Assembly (NCBI GenBank): GCA_046757665.1
Contig: JBHHYO010000010.1
Span: 1 to 59,056, forward strand
Reading direction: 5' to 3'
Length of the DNA stretch: 59,056 bases
Source: Nitrospinales bacterium
Lineage (GTDB): Bacteria; Nitrospinota; Nitrospinia; Nitrospinales; JAJDAT01
In this document: positions 9,958 to 19,702 of the stretch, piece by piece
Layout: every line of letters starts with the position of its first letter
Position numbering within the stretch: the first letter of the stretch is position 1
Position numbers and translations under genes: made by a program
The notes under the pieces: generated by a model
Database searches by the model: none
Seen by the model: the letters and a program-made list of their open reading frames with translations, nothing else
Told to the model about the DNA's origin: nothing

Positions 9958-11468
9958 GACGCCAGCGGAAGCTCCCCGCGCTCTTTAAGAAAACCTTCCA
10001 GAAACATCAGCGAAGCCCCGCCGCCCGTGGAAACAAAAAAATTGGATGTAAAATAATTGTACAGGTGATAGCAATCGTCTTTCCGGAATTCGATGGTCAG
10101 CAGGTCGCGGTTGATGGGGGCGGCAAGCTGTTTGCGGATTTGGTCGCGAATCGACATTTTCAATTCCTCGGAGCGGAACTTGTTCAAGATGGCGGCGGTA
10201 TCGCCCCCTCCAATTACCACCGATGCCTTGTCGTTGGTCATCGCCACCGAAAAAAGCAGTTTCGCCAGCTCGATCGAACCTTCGGCATAATGGTCGCAGA
10301 AAGGCTGGTCGTATGCGCCCATGGGGCCATTCCAGAAAATATTTTCAATGCCGTCATGGAGAATGATGTCGGAAAACTTTTTGATGGTTTCCGGCCCCAG
10401 GTCCAGTTGCAGTTCCTTGTTGAAATCGGGGGTCGTTTTAATCTGATAGGAAGTTTGTTTGTATTCGCTAACTACTTTAAAGTCCATGGGGAAATCCATG
10501 GAGACCTGATTTTGTTTTGCGATGCCAAGAATTTCGTCGGCCAGTTTTATTTCGTCGATGAGTTTTTGGTTTACTGCGTCGTCTTCCGAGCGCAAGGTAT
10601 GCGGAATGTCCTGGAATCCCAACGAATCGATTTTATCCTGCAACTGTTTGGCCAGGAAGAAAGCGTTGACCATTTTCCCGCCCAGGAAGATATGTTTGAC
10701 TTTGGAATAGACAAACTGTTTTAGTATCCCGATTTTGTCCGCGATTTTTGCTCCGCCGGTGATCACTGCGGTTTTTTCCGGATAGTCCAGGATGCGTTGG
10801 CCAAAGGCGCCCAACTTGGTGATTTCCTCGGAAAGCAGGTTTCCGGCGACGACCGGTTTTCCTTGTTCGCGCATGATGTGCGGCAACATCTTGATGCTTT
10901 TTGTCAGTCGATGACTGCATCCGAAGGCGCAATTGATATAGACGTCCGACACCTCGGCCAGTTTTTCGATAAACTCTTTTCGGTGGGTGTCGGGGTTTTT
11001 GGGATCGAGGAGATACCGCAGGTTAGGAAGGAACTTGATTCCGCCCACCGGCAGTTGATGTTGCATGAGGATTTCCAGCGTGTGATCGAATTGCGTGCCG
11101 ATAATTTCCGGCGGAAAAATGGTATAGAGATCGCCGTAAATCTTTCGCATCAAGGTATCGAAATGGGAGCACACAAATTGAATATTGAATATCCCGTCCC
11201 AGCCCGCGTGATCTTTTTTGATGTGTGGACGGCCCAGGTGGGAGCCGATGACGATTCGGCAATTTCCATCGGTCAATTCGTGGATCTTCTTGAAAGTGAG
11301 GTCCAGAAAACGCCGGATTCTGGAGTCGTCCGCCACGCGGTAGTAACCCGGCGTCTTGGCCGTCATGGGAACATTGAAATCCACCCGAATAAAAATCGTT
11401 TTGTCCGTCAAATCCTCGCGGGTCAGGGAGTCCAGGGACCTCATACCGATGGGGTTATTCATGCGCAA
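9912..11468 (-). CDS. pgk: Phosphoglycerate kinase, divergent and enlarged
   Basis: RVDFNVP, SHLGRP, GGAKIADKI, WNGPMG, GGGDT, STGGGASL. Confidence 0.85.
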   Translation of the reverse strand: MRMNNPIGMRSLDSLTREDLTDKTIFIRVDFNVPMTAKTPGYYRVADDSRIRRFLDLTFKKIHELTDGNCRIVIGSHLGRPHIKKDHAGWDGIFNIQFVCSHFDTLMRKIYGDLYTIFPPEIIGTQFDHTLEILMQHQLPVGGIKFLPNLRYLLDPKNPDTHRKEFIEKLAEVSDVYINCAFGCSHRLTKSIKMLPHIMREQGKPVVAGNLLSEEITKLGAFGQRILDYPEKTAVITGGAKIADKIGILKQFVYSKVKHIFLGGKMVNAFFLAKQLQDKIDSLGFQDIPHTLRSEDDAVNQKLIDEIKLADEILGIAKQNQVSMDFPMDFKVVSEYKQTSYQIKTTPDFNKELQLDLGPETIKKFSDIILHDGIENIFWNGPMGAYDQPFCDHYAEGSIELAKLLFSVAMTNDKASVVIGGGDTAAILNKFRSEELKMSIRDQIRKQLAAPINRDLLTIEFRKDDCYHLYNYFTSNFFVSTGGGASLMFLEGFLKERGELPLASYLPGTAALMELSPA

Positions 11469-11543
11469 CCTCTTTTATACACGGGATGATCCCGAATGGA
11501 TTGTTGACGGCTTTCGTGCCGGCCGTCCTGGGTTCAGTGCACA

Positions 11544-13286
11544 TCATTTATTGACTAGATTCTTCAGGCTTTCCTTGTCGGGCAGATTTGGATTCAGACG
11601 CAACGCTTGCTTCAGGTAAAAACGCCCCTTTTCTTTTTCGTTCCGATCAAAATAATACAGAAGACCCAACTCAAGGAACGCCGCATCCGAGGAAGGGCGA
11701 ACCTGCAAAGCCTTTCTGAAATAATTGATCGCTATATCATAATTACCTGTTTCCTTGTAGCATCGGCCCAGCCCTATCATTGATTCTACAAGTTCCGGGA
11801 CTAAAATCAACGCATATTCGAATTCCTTGATGGCTTCCCGGCATTTTCCGGACAGAACATAAGCTTCCGCGAGATTGTGGTGGGGTTCAAAATAATAGGG
11901 GTCCAGCTCGATGGCTTTTTTATAATTTTCAATCGCCGGATCGATTTTCCCCACGAGATGCAAGGCCCGCGCATAATTAATAAAAGGCCGCGGTTTCCCC
12001 GGACTTTTTTTCACCGTATCCTGCCAAAGGGTGATTTCCGAAAACCAGGCGTTGTTTCTGTGGACGGTGTTGATTGTGAAGAAAATTAACAGTGCCATAT
12101 AAAACGGAACCAATCGCCGGTCGGACAACAAAACGGATGTCATCAACGCAAAACCGACTCCCGGAAGATACAACCGGTGCTCTGCAACAATGTCCGTGAG
12201 GGGAACGACAGACGATTCCGGCGAAAGGGCGACGATGAACCAAAGAAAACCGAATAGCGCCGGTTTCGATTTGTTTTTGATGAATACAAAATAGGCGATC
12301 AGCAACAAGGCGGACAGAACCAGCAAAGGGTCGGCATAGCTTTTTATTAAGCTGATATCGGGATCGACGTTCAAGTTGACGGGAAACAGCAGGGTCTTCA
12401 GGTAATAGACCGTTCCCATTTTCATTTCCGTCAAAAAGTAGTCCATCCGAGAGTAAGTTATGGAGCCGGAATCCGGGATCCCCAGAAGTCCTTTGCGGGT
12501 AAAAAAGGCCTTGTAAACAACAAATACAAAAAGGGGCAGGATTATCAAAAACAACCATCGCAGTTTCCGGCGCAGGAAATGAAAAAAAAGTTCTCCCTCG
12601 TTTCGGCAAAACATGAGATAATAAACCGCCATAAGGATCGGCGCGGTGATGATGGTCAGCTTCGACCCGAAGCCCAGGATCATCAACGACAAAGCAAAGA
12701 TAACCCATCCCGCAAGCTGGATTTTTCTCCACCCGGAAACAGAAGTCGGCGATTTCCCTTCGACAACCGTCAGGAAACAATAAAACGATCCAAGATAAAA
12801 AAAAGTGACCAGCAGGCTACCGCGGCTCATCAGATAAGTTATTGCCTGGGTATGGGCAGGATGGCTTGCGAACAGGAGAGCCGAAATAAAAGGAATGTTT
12901 ATCCGCCGGCCTGGCGCCGCCATTCCTCTGAGGTGCGGATGGGTAAGGATTTTATGTGCGACCCGATAAATCAGGACACATACGCCGAAATGGATGAAGA
13001 GGTTGAACAGGTGATACCCCAGGGTATTATTTTCCCCCAGATAATAATTCAGGGTATAAGTGAATACCGTGATGGAGCGGTTCCAAAGATTGCTGATCCC
13101 GAACTCGTTGGAGAAAATCGAAAGACTTTTGATCCAGCGGTTGTCCTGGATGTGCGCAACCCCGTCGAACTGGAAGGGAACTTTAAAGGTGTTAGAGTAC
13201 GAAAGCAGGCAAATAGCGAAAATGACGAAAATCCGCGCCACATATAATCGCTGGTCTCTGGAATGGCCGGCTTTTGAGGATTGCAA
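11544..13286 (-). CDS. Polytopic membrane protein with C-terminal TPRs (TMTC-like GT-C glycosyltransferase)
   Basis: GYHLFNLFIH, LFASHPAHTQAITY, AEHRLYLP and RNNAW...LWQD motifs followed by several TPRs. Confidence 0.8.
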   Translation of the reverse strand: MQSSKAGHSRDQRLYVARIFVIFAICLLSYSNTFKVPFQFDGVAHIQDNRWIKSLSIFSNEFGISNLWNRSITVFTYTLNYYLGENNTLGYHLFNLFIHFGVCVLIYRVAHKILTHPHLRGMAAPGRRINIPFISALLFASHPAHTQAITYLMSRGSLLVTFFYLGSFYCFLTVVEGKSPTSVSGWRKIQLAGWVIFALSLMILGFGSKLTIITAPILMAVYYLMFCRNEGELFFHFLRRKLRWLFLIILPLFVFVVYKAFFTRKGLLGIPDSGSITYSRMDYFLTEMKMGTVYYLKTLLFPVNLNVDPDISLIKSYADPLLVLSALLLIAYFVFIKNKSKPALFGFLWFIVALSPESSVVPLTDIVAEHRLYLPGVGFALMTSVLLSDRRLVPFYMALLIFFTINTVHRNNAWFSEITLWQDTVKKSPGKPRPFINYARALHLVGKIDPAIENYKKAIELDPYYFEPHHNLAEAYVLSGKCREAIKEFEYALILVPELVESMIGLGRCYKETGNYDIAINYFRKALQVRPSSDAAFLELGLLYYFDRNEKEKGRFYLKQALRLNPNLPDKESLKNLVNK

Positions 13287-13469
13287 GATGAGATTGGAAA
13301 TCGAGTCGTTGACCGAAAAGTGCCCCGGAGACAGGCTCGGTCAAATTAACTAATTGATTTTTAACCAGATTAATTTGATTTTCATCCCAACCGTTCTTTT
13401 ATCTTTTTGGTTTTTAAGATAGTATGGCAAGAGACGGGGAGAAAATCTTTTGGCAAAGGATAGCATAAG

Positions 13470-15356
13470 GTGATGAAACAGACCAAGGTAGAAAAAACGA
13501 AAAAAATGTTGATTAATGCAGACCATCCGGAAGAGTGCCGGGTCGTTATAGTTGAAAACGGCAAGTTGGAAGAGTTGATCGTTGAACATGCCACTCGGGA
13601 AAATATTAAAGGCAACGTTTATAAGGGCGTGATTACACGGGTTGAACCTGCTTTCGAGGCGGCATTTGTCGATATCGGCAGAAAAAAATTCGGCTTCCTC
13701 CCTTTCAAGGATGTTCGCAGGGAATCCTATTTAAAAACCCGCGAACGAAAAGCCAAGATGAGAATCCAGGACGTCCTGGTCAAGGGGCAAAAAATCATGG
13801 TGCAGGTCGTCAAGGAAGAACGCGACGCCAAGGGCCCCACCCTGACAAATTATGTGACCGTTCCCGGCAGGTTCCTGGTCCTGATGTGCGGCAGCGCCTC
13901 CGGCGGCGTATCCCGAAAGATCGAAGATGAATCCGAACGCAAAAAAATGAAGGAAATCCTCAAGGCCTTCGAACTCTCCGAAAACATGGGTGTCATTATC
14001 CGTACTGCCGGCATGGGCAGAACCAAGTCGGAGTTGCAAAAAGACCTGCAAATGCTGTTGAAAATCTGGCACACCATCGAGAAAGAAAACCAGGGGAAAA
14101 CCGCTCCGCCTTGTCTCCTGTACCAGGTCCCCGACATGGTGGAGCGAACCGTACGCGACCATTTTACCGCGGACACTTCGGAAATTATCGTAGACAATGC
14201 CAAGTCCTACAAAGCCTTGAAAGAGTTCTTCAAGCTGGTCATGCCGCGGATGCGCAACCGCGTCAAGCTCTATAGTGAAACCAAACCCCTGTTTTCCCAA
14301 TACAACATCGAAGAGCAAATTGAATCCATTTACAACCGCAGGGTGGACCTGCCCTCGGGCGGCTCGATCATTTTTGATGTCGGCGAGGCCATGGTGGCCA
14401 TCGATGTCAATTCGGGAAAAACAACCGGCGCCAGCGAGCTTGAGGACACCGCCGTCAAAACCAACCTGGAAGCGGCGGATGAGATTGCCCGGCAATTGCA
14501 TCTGCGCGATTTGGGCGGGTTGATCGTGATCGATTTTATCGACATGAATCAGAAGAAAAACAAAAGCCTGCTCGAAAAACAGATCAAACTGGCCTGCAAA
14601 AAAGATAAGGCACGCATCAATATTTCGAAAATATCCAAATTCGGCCTCCTGGAAATGTCCCGCCAAAGATTGTCTCCCCCCGTAGGAGAAGGTGCCTTCG
14701 ACCGGTGCGAGATGTGCGACGGGGCCGGACGGGTCAAGTCCAAAAGCTCCGTCACCCTGGAAGTTTTACGCCGAATACAAGGTTTGCTTGCCGCCAAAAA
14801 CGTCAAGACGCTCTCCGTGGAAGTTTCCACCGATATCGTGACTTACCTCCTCAACCACAAAATGCGGTTCATCCTCGATTTGGAGGAGAGCCATGATGTC
14901 AACATTTTGTTCAATGCCAAGCCGTCCCTGCGTTACGAGAACTTTTCCTTCACCATTTTGGAAAAGAAAAAAGATGTGGACACCCGGCCCCAGCCCCCCA
15001 GGGAATACGGCGCGGGAAAAAGCGAGGAGGAGGTGTCCAGACGCGAACCCGCCAGCCGGTCGTTTAAACGGGATACCGGAAAACGGGATACCCGGGAGAA
15101 AACCAAACGCCCCAAAACGACTTCCCGGAGAAAATATACGCGCAAGACAACAGGCCGAAGACCGGCCTCGTCGCGGGTGCGCAAAGACCGGCCGGCCGCG
15201 GCGGAGTCCGTGCCCACGACCGCGGAGTCCGTGCCCACGCCCGCGCCGGAACCTTTTGTGCCCAGCGAGCCCAAAACACCGGATCCCGCTCTCCTCCAGG
15301 GCAGTGTCGAAAGCGCCTCCTCACCGGACGAAAAAAGAGGTCAGGCCTCCAGTTGA
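13470..15356 (+). CDS. rne: Ribonuclease E/G family endoribonuclease
   Basis: GNVYKGVITRVEP, AAFVDIG, AIDVNSG, RDLGGLIVIDFIDM, Zn-link CEMCDG, basic disordered tail. Confidence 0.92.
   Translation: MMKQTKVEKTKKMLINADHPEECRVVIVENGKLEELIVEHATRENIKGNVYKGVITRVEPAFEAAFVDIGRKKFGFLPFKDVRRESYLKTRERKAKMRIQDVLVKGQKIMVQVVKEERDAKGPTLTNYVTVPGRFLVLMCGSASGGVSRKIEDESERKKMKEILKAFELSENMGVIIRTAGMGRTKSELQKDLQMLLKIWHTIEKENQGKTAPPCLLYQVPDMVERTVRDHFTADTSEIIVDNAKSYKALKEFFKLVMPRMRNRVKLYSETKPLFSQYNIEEQIESIYNRRVDLPSGGSIIFDVGEAMVAIDVNSGKTTGASELEDTAVKTNLEAADEIARQLHLRDLGGLIVIDFIDMNQKKNKSLLEKQIKLACKKDKARINISKISKFGLLEMSRQRLSPPVGEGAFDRCEMCDGAGRVKSKSSVTLEVLRRIQGLLAAKNVKTLSVEVSTDIVTYLLNHKMRFILDLEESHDVNILFNAKPSLRYENFSFTILEKKKDVDTRPQPPREYGAGKSEEEVSRREPASRSFKRDTGKRDTREKTKRPKTTSRRKYTRKTTGRRPASSRVRKDRPAAAESVPTTAESVPTPAPEPFVPSEPKTPDPALLQGSVESASSPDEKRGQASS
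15201..15242 (+). repeat. 21-bp tandem duplication in the RNase E tail (AESVPTT/AESVPTP)
   Basis: GCGGAGTCCGTGCCCACGACC followed by GCGGAGTCCGTGCCCACGCCC. Confidence 0.85.
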
Positions 15357-15402
15357 CTGCAAGTCGGCGCGGCGGTTTGGAAGACCGGGCGCCGATGGGT
15401 AA

Positions 15403-15581
15403 GAGACCTTTGTATAACACGAGACTTCGCCGTCCCCGGTGTCATCGCGAGCCGCTACCAGCGGCGTGGCGATCCAGCCGGGCCACGCCCGGTGGGAATA
15501 GGTTCTTTCTGGATTGCTTCGTCGGCTCCGCCTCGCAATGACAATATGACAGTCAAACAAGTACACTTATGCAAAGGTTTC
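15403..15581 (+). mobile_element. MITE-like palindromic repeat, copy A (long form)
   Basis: Ends GAGACCTTTGTATAA ... TTATGCAAAGGTTTC; internal GTCATCGCGAG...GCGATCC and GGATTGC...CTCGCAATGAC; homologous to 27757, 33164 and 53632. Confidence 0.85.
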
Positions 15582-15701
15582 AACGAGTAGGGGGATCTCT
15601 TGCCAGGGATTTATGATTTGAACTTACTTTCACCTTGCATTTTCCGCCGCCTCTGCTAGACTCGCCTTGTACTTCCGAGGAACAACCTGGGTCAACTGTT
15701 T

Positions 15702-15730
15702 TTGACAAAAGCGCATGGTTGATGTATATT
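15702..15730 (+). promoter_or_regulatory. Sigma70-type promoter of the atp operon
   Basis: TTGACA-N17-TATATT ending 40 bp upstream of atpI. Confidence 0.7.
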
Positions 15731-15770
15731 AAGTGCGCTTTTTCGCGGTAATTTTCCCTCCCAACACTCA

Positions 15771-16010
15771 ATGAGCAATGACAAAGGCTTTCGTTATGGC
15801 CTGGGTATCGGGCTCCGGTTGGGGACAGAACTGATCGTTGCAACGATCGTCGGCTTGGTCATGGGGTATGCCTTGGATAAAGCTTTCGATACGAGCCCGT
15901 GGTTTTTGGTCATGGGCATATTTTTCGGCGCCGCCGCGGGGTGCCTGAACGCCTACAGAAGCGTTCAGGAATTTGAAGATATCAACAACGATGACAAGCC
16001 CGACGTTTAG
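15771..16010 (+). CDS. atpI: AtpZ/AtpI-family ATP synthase accessory protein
   Basis: Two TM helices, G.ELI...G..LD..F.T.PWF pattern, first gene of the atp operon. Confidence 0.85.
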   Translation: MSNDKGFRYGLGIGLRLGTELIVATIVGLVMGYALDKAFDTSPWFLVMGIFFGAAAGCLNAYRSVQEFEDINNDDKPDV

Positions 16011-16018
16011 TTTTATCG

Positions 16019-16747
16019 ATGGAAAGCCCCTTACACCATTTTGAGCTTCACCCAATCATTCCCCTGACCCTACTGGGCTTTGATATTTCCATCAACAAAG
16101 CCATTTTGGCTATGTGGGCGGGCATGGCGGTGTTGTTTATTCTGTTTCGCCTGGCCATTCACGGAGGGATGAAGCTCGTTCCAGGGCGATTGCAAAACTT
16201 TGCCGAAATAACCCTGGAATTTCTTCTGAGCATGGTCACCGAATACATCGGCAAGGAAGGGAAGAAGTATTTCCCCTTCATCGCAACCTTATTCCTTTTT
16301 TTGTTTTCCTGTAACCTGATCGGCCTTGTCCCCGGTTCTTACACCCTTACAAGCCAACTGGTCGTCACCGGCACTTTCGCGGTATTTATATTTTTTATGA
16401 CGCTGGTGATCGGCTTTGCCCGGCACGGCTTGCACTTTCTGGGGATTTTGGTTCCCCCGGGAATTCCCAAGATTCTGATTCCCCTCATGATTCCCATAGA
16501 GATCATCAGTATGCTGGCGCGTCCGTTGACGTTGGCCGTGCGGTTGTTCGCCAACATGACGGCGGGGCATACCCTGATGGGAGTGCTATTCGGCATGGCG
16601 CTGGTTGCTCCCCTGTATATCGGCTGGCTTCCCTTTGGATTTACTGTCGTTGTCAACGGACTGGAAATTTTTATCGCCTTTATCCAGGCGTATATTTTTT
16701 CCCTGTTAACCTGCGTGTACATTTCAGATGCCCTGAAGTTGCATTAA
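16019..16747 (+). CDS. atpB: F0F1 ATP synthase subunit a
   Basis: PGRLQN, RPLTLAVRLFANM, FIQAYIF. Confidence 0.97.
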   Translation: MESPLHHFELHPIIPLTLLGFDISINKAILAMWAGMAVLFILFRLAIHGGMKLVPGRLQNFAEITLEFLLSMVTEYIGKEGKKYFPFIATLFLFLFSCNLIGLVPGSYTLTSQLVVTGTFAVFIFFMTLVIGFARHGLHFLGILVPPGIPKILIPLMIPIEIISMLARPLTLAVRLFANMTAGHTLMGVLFGMALVAPLYIGWLPFGFTVVVNGLEIFIAFIQAYIFSLLTCVYISDALKLH

Positions 16748-16776
16748 ACCGATATTTATAACAAGAGGAGACGAAA

Positions 16777-17004
16777 ATGAGCAATGAAGTAGGAGCCCTA
16801 TTGGGCATGGCATTATGCTCCCTGGGTTTTTTGGGTGCGGCCATCGGAATCGGTCTGGTGTTTTCCAAGATGATTGAAGCCGTGGGCCGCCAACCCAGCG
16901 CCGAACCAAAACTGACCAAGTTCCTTTGGATCGGATTCGCCTTTGTGGAGCAGTTTGGCCTTTTCAGTTTTGTTATTGCTATTTTGTTGATGCTGAAAAC
17001 TTGA
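16777..17004 (+). CDS. atpE: F0F1 ATP synthase subunit c
   Basis: Gly-rich helix, RQP loop, conserved Glu in FAFVEQ. Confidence 0.95.
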   Translation: MSNEVGALLGMALCSLGFLGAAIGIGLVFSKMIEAVGRQPSAEPKLTKFLWIGFAFVEQFGLFSFVIAILLMLKT

Positions 17005-17032
17005 ACCATTAACCTTTTTCCGGAAACAGATC

Positions 17033-17548
17033 ATGCCTCAATTGGAGCAAACGGAAATCTTTAGTTCGTTGATTTTTTGGTCGACCGTATCCTTCGCCAT
17101 TTTGTTGTATCTGCTGAAACGGTACGTTTTTCCACCGATCATGGAAATTCTCGATGCGCGCGAAAACAAGATTCGCGGCGATATTTCCGGCGCCGAAAAA
17201 TTGAAGCAGGACGCCCAACTCCTGAGAACGGAGCTTTACAAGGAGTTGCAAAAGGCCCACGAAAAATCCAGCGCCATCGTTCAGATGGCCCAGGATGAGT
17301 CCCGAAAAATTCAGGAGAAAACGTTGCGGGAAACCCAGGCCAAGTGCCGGCAGATGCAGGAAGACACGGAAAATGAGGTGCGGCGCACCCGCGACAAGTT
17401 GCTGGAGGAAGTTCGCGGTTATGCCGCCGCCTTGACCATCGCCTCAACGGAAAAGATTCTGAGGAAAAGCATCAGCGAGAAGGACAGGAAGCGGCTGGTC
17501 GACGAGTCCATCGAGGAAGCGCTACGCGAAATTGAGCAAGGGGCCTAG
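17033..17548 (+). CDS. atpF: F0F1 ATP synthase subunit b
   Basis: N-terminal TM (IFWSTVSF), PPI..ILD.RE..I, coiled coil. Confidence 0.93.
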   Translation: MPQLEQTEIFSSLIFWSTVSFAILLYLLKRYVFPPIMEILDARENKIRGDISGAEKLKQDAQLLRTELYKELQKAHEKSSAIVQMAQDESRKIQEKTLRETQAKCRQMQEDTENEVRRTRDKLLEEVRGYAAALTIASTEKILRKSISEKDRKRLVDESIEEALREIEQGA

Positions 17549-17638
17549 TTTTATTGCGAAAGTTTGTGCGTTTTGCTTTACGCTTCGACGGGAGCCCGTC
17601 CTGAACCCGCGCGCGTTTGCATCTAAGGTTTTACATTT

Positions 17639-18190
17639 ATGATCGAACATATTATCGGAAAACGGTATGCCCATGCGTTGTCCGCCACCTTTCCGGATGA
17701 TTCCGGTCTGGAGGAGGTCTTGCGAACCGTCAAAACCATCAGCGGGGCATTTGAAACCGAACCGCGGCTGATCCGGTTTTTTGCCCATCCCGGCATTCCC
17801 GGAGAAAACAAAATCGCCATGGTTGGGGAACTTTGCGGCCGGGTCAAGGCAAACAAGGATGTGAAAAGCCTGCTGACCCTGTTGGTGAAAAGAAAAAAAA
17901 TTCTGTACTTGAAGAATATCGCCGAACATTTTGAAACGGTGGTGGACAAGAGACTGCGCCGCGTCCGCGCCGGGGTTGTCTCCGCCCGGCCCTTGAGCAA
18001 AACACACCTGGACCGGCTGAAAACCTCCCTGAAGCGTATCACGGGCAAGGAAGTGTTGATCGAATCCACCCTGGATGAGTCCTTGATCGCCGGCGTCATT
18101 GTCCGCGTCGGAAGCCTGGTCGCGGACGCTACCGTAAAAAACCGTTTGGCGGCACTGAAACGTAATATCGAGAAAGAGGAGGTAGCTTGA
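17639..18190 (+). CDS. atpH: F0F1 ATP synthase subunit delta
   Basis: KRYAHAL, DESLIAGVIVRVG; position in the operon. Confidence 0.93.
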   Translation: MIEHIIGKRYAHALSATFPDDSGLEEVLRTVKTISGAFETEPRLIRFFAHPGIPGENKIAMVGELCGRVKANKDVKSLLTLLVKRKKILYLKNIAEHFETVVDKRLRRVRAGVVSARPLSKTHLDRLKTSLKRITGKEVLIESTLDESLIAGVIVRVGSLVADATVKNRLAALKRNIEKEEVA

Positions 18191-19699
18191 GTGAACTTGC
18201 GCGCCGATGAAATCAGCACCCTAATTCAAAAACAAATACAGGGTTTCGATGCGGGGGTCGAACTTAAGGAAACCGGCCGGGTGATATCCGTCGGCGACGG
18301 CATTGCCCGCGTTTACGGTCTGGAAAACGCCATGTCCGGCGAACTGCTGGAGTTTCCCAATGAATTGTCGGCCATGGTGCTGAATCTGGAAGAAGATAAT
18401 GTCGGCGCCATTTTGCTGGGTCCCGACAACCAGGTGAAGGAGGGAGATGAGGTCAAGCGCACCGGGCGCATCATGGAAGTGCCGATCGGTCCGGAACTGG
18501 TTGGCCGGGTGGTCAATCCCCTGGGACAGCCTCTCGACGGCAAGGGGGCCATCAACGCCAAGCAAACCGGTCCCATCGAACGCATTGCGCCCGGCGTGGT
18601 CGACCGCAAATCCGTTCACGAGCCGATGCAGACCGGCATCAAGGCCATTGACGGCATGGTGCCGATCGGGCGCGGGCAGAGAGAGTTGATTATCGGCGAT
18701 CGGCAGACCGGGAAAACAGCCGTGGTCATCGACACGATTATTAACCAGAATGACCAGAATGTGTTTTGCATCTATGTCGCCATCGGCCAAAAACGATCCA
18801 CGGTCGCCCGGGTGGTGAAAACCCTGGAACAACATGGCGCCATGAAATATTCCATTGTCGTTGCCGCTACCGCCAGCGACCCGGCGCCGATGCAGTTTAT
18901 CGCCCCTTACGCCGGTTGCGCCATGGGCGAGTATTTCCGCGACAACAAGCAACATTGCCTTATCATTTATGATGATTTGTCCAAGCAGGCCGCCGCGTAC
19001 CGGCAATTGAGCCTTCTCCTGCGCCGTCCGCCAGGGCGCGAGGCGTATCCCGGCGATGTTTTTTACATCCATTCCCGACTGCTGGAGCGGTCGGCCAAGC
19101 TGAACGATCAGCTGGGAGCGGGTTCCATGACCGCCCTGCCCATTATCGAAACCCAGGGCGGCGACGTTTCGGCTTACATCCCCACCAACGTGATTTCCAT
19201 TACCGACGGGCAGATTTATCTGGAAACCGACCTGTTTTATTCCGGGGTTCGCCCGGCGATCAACGTCGGCTTGTCCGTGTCCCGTGTCGGCGGCGCGGCG
19301 CAGATCAAGGCCATGAAACAGGTGGCCGGAAAACTGCGGCTGGACCTGGCGCAGTACCGGGAAATGGCCGCCTTTGCCCAGTTCGGAAGCGATTTGGACG
19401 CCGCCACGCAGGCGCAGTTGTCCCGCGGGGAACGGCTTGTGGAAATCCTCAAGCAGGACCAATACAAACCGTTTTCCACGACCAGCCAGGTGATCTCGCT
19501 TTTTGCCGGCGTCCGGGGATTGATTGACGACCTCAACGTCGGAGACATCAAAAAATTCGAATCGGGCATGTTGAGCTACATCGAGGAAAAGCATAAGGAC
19601 CTCATGGATACCATAGAGAAGGAAAAAACGTTGAGCGACGAAACCGAGAGCCGCCTGAAAACCGCCATCCTCGAATACAAGGAGCTGTTCACCGCGTAA
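18191..19699 (+). CDS. atpA: F0F1 ATP synthase subunit alpha
   Basis: [33 protein letters not shown]. Confidence 0.99.
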   Translation: MNLRADEISTLIQKQIQGFDAGVELKETGRVISVGDGIARVYGLENAMSGELLEFPNELSAMVLNLEEDNVGAILLGPDNQVKEGDEVKRTGRIMEVPIGPELVGRVVNPLGQPLDGKGAINAKQTGPIERIAPGVVDRKSVHEPMQTGIKAIDGMVPIGRGQRELIIGDRQTGKTAVVIDTIINQNDQNVFCIYVAIGQKRSTVARVVKTLEQHGAMKYSIVVAATASDPAPMQFIAPYAGCAMGEYFRDNKQHCLIIYDDLSKQAAAYRQLSLLLRRPPGREAYPGDVFYIHSRLLERSAKLNDQLGAGSMTALPIIETQGGDVSAYIPTNVISITDGQIYLETDLFYSGVRPAINVGLSVSRVGGAAQIKAMKQVAGKLRLDLAQYREMAAFAQFGSDLDAATQAQLSRGERLVEILKQDQYKPFSTTSQVISLFAGVRGLIDDLNVGDIKKFESGMLSYIEEKHKDLMDTIEKEKTLSDETESRLKTAILEYKELFTA

Positions 19700-19702
19700 C
19701 CC

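Noticed and set aside
15321-15566. Small ORFs over the repeat copies (also 27674-27898)
   Set aside because: Translations of the MITE sequence; their mutual similarity reflects the DNA repeat, not a protein family
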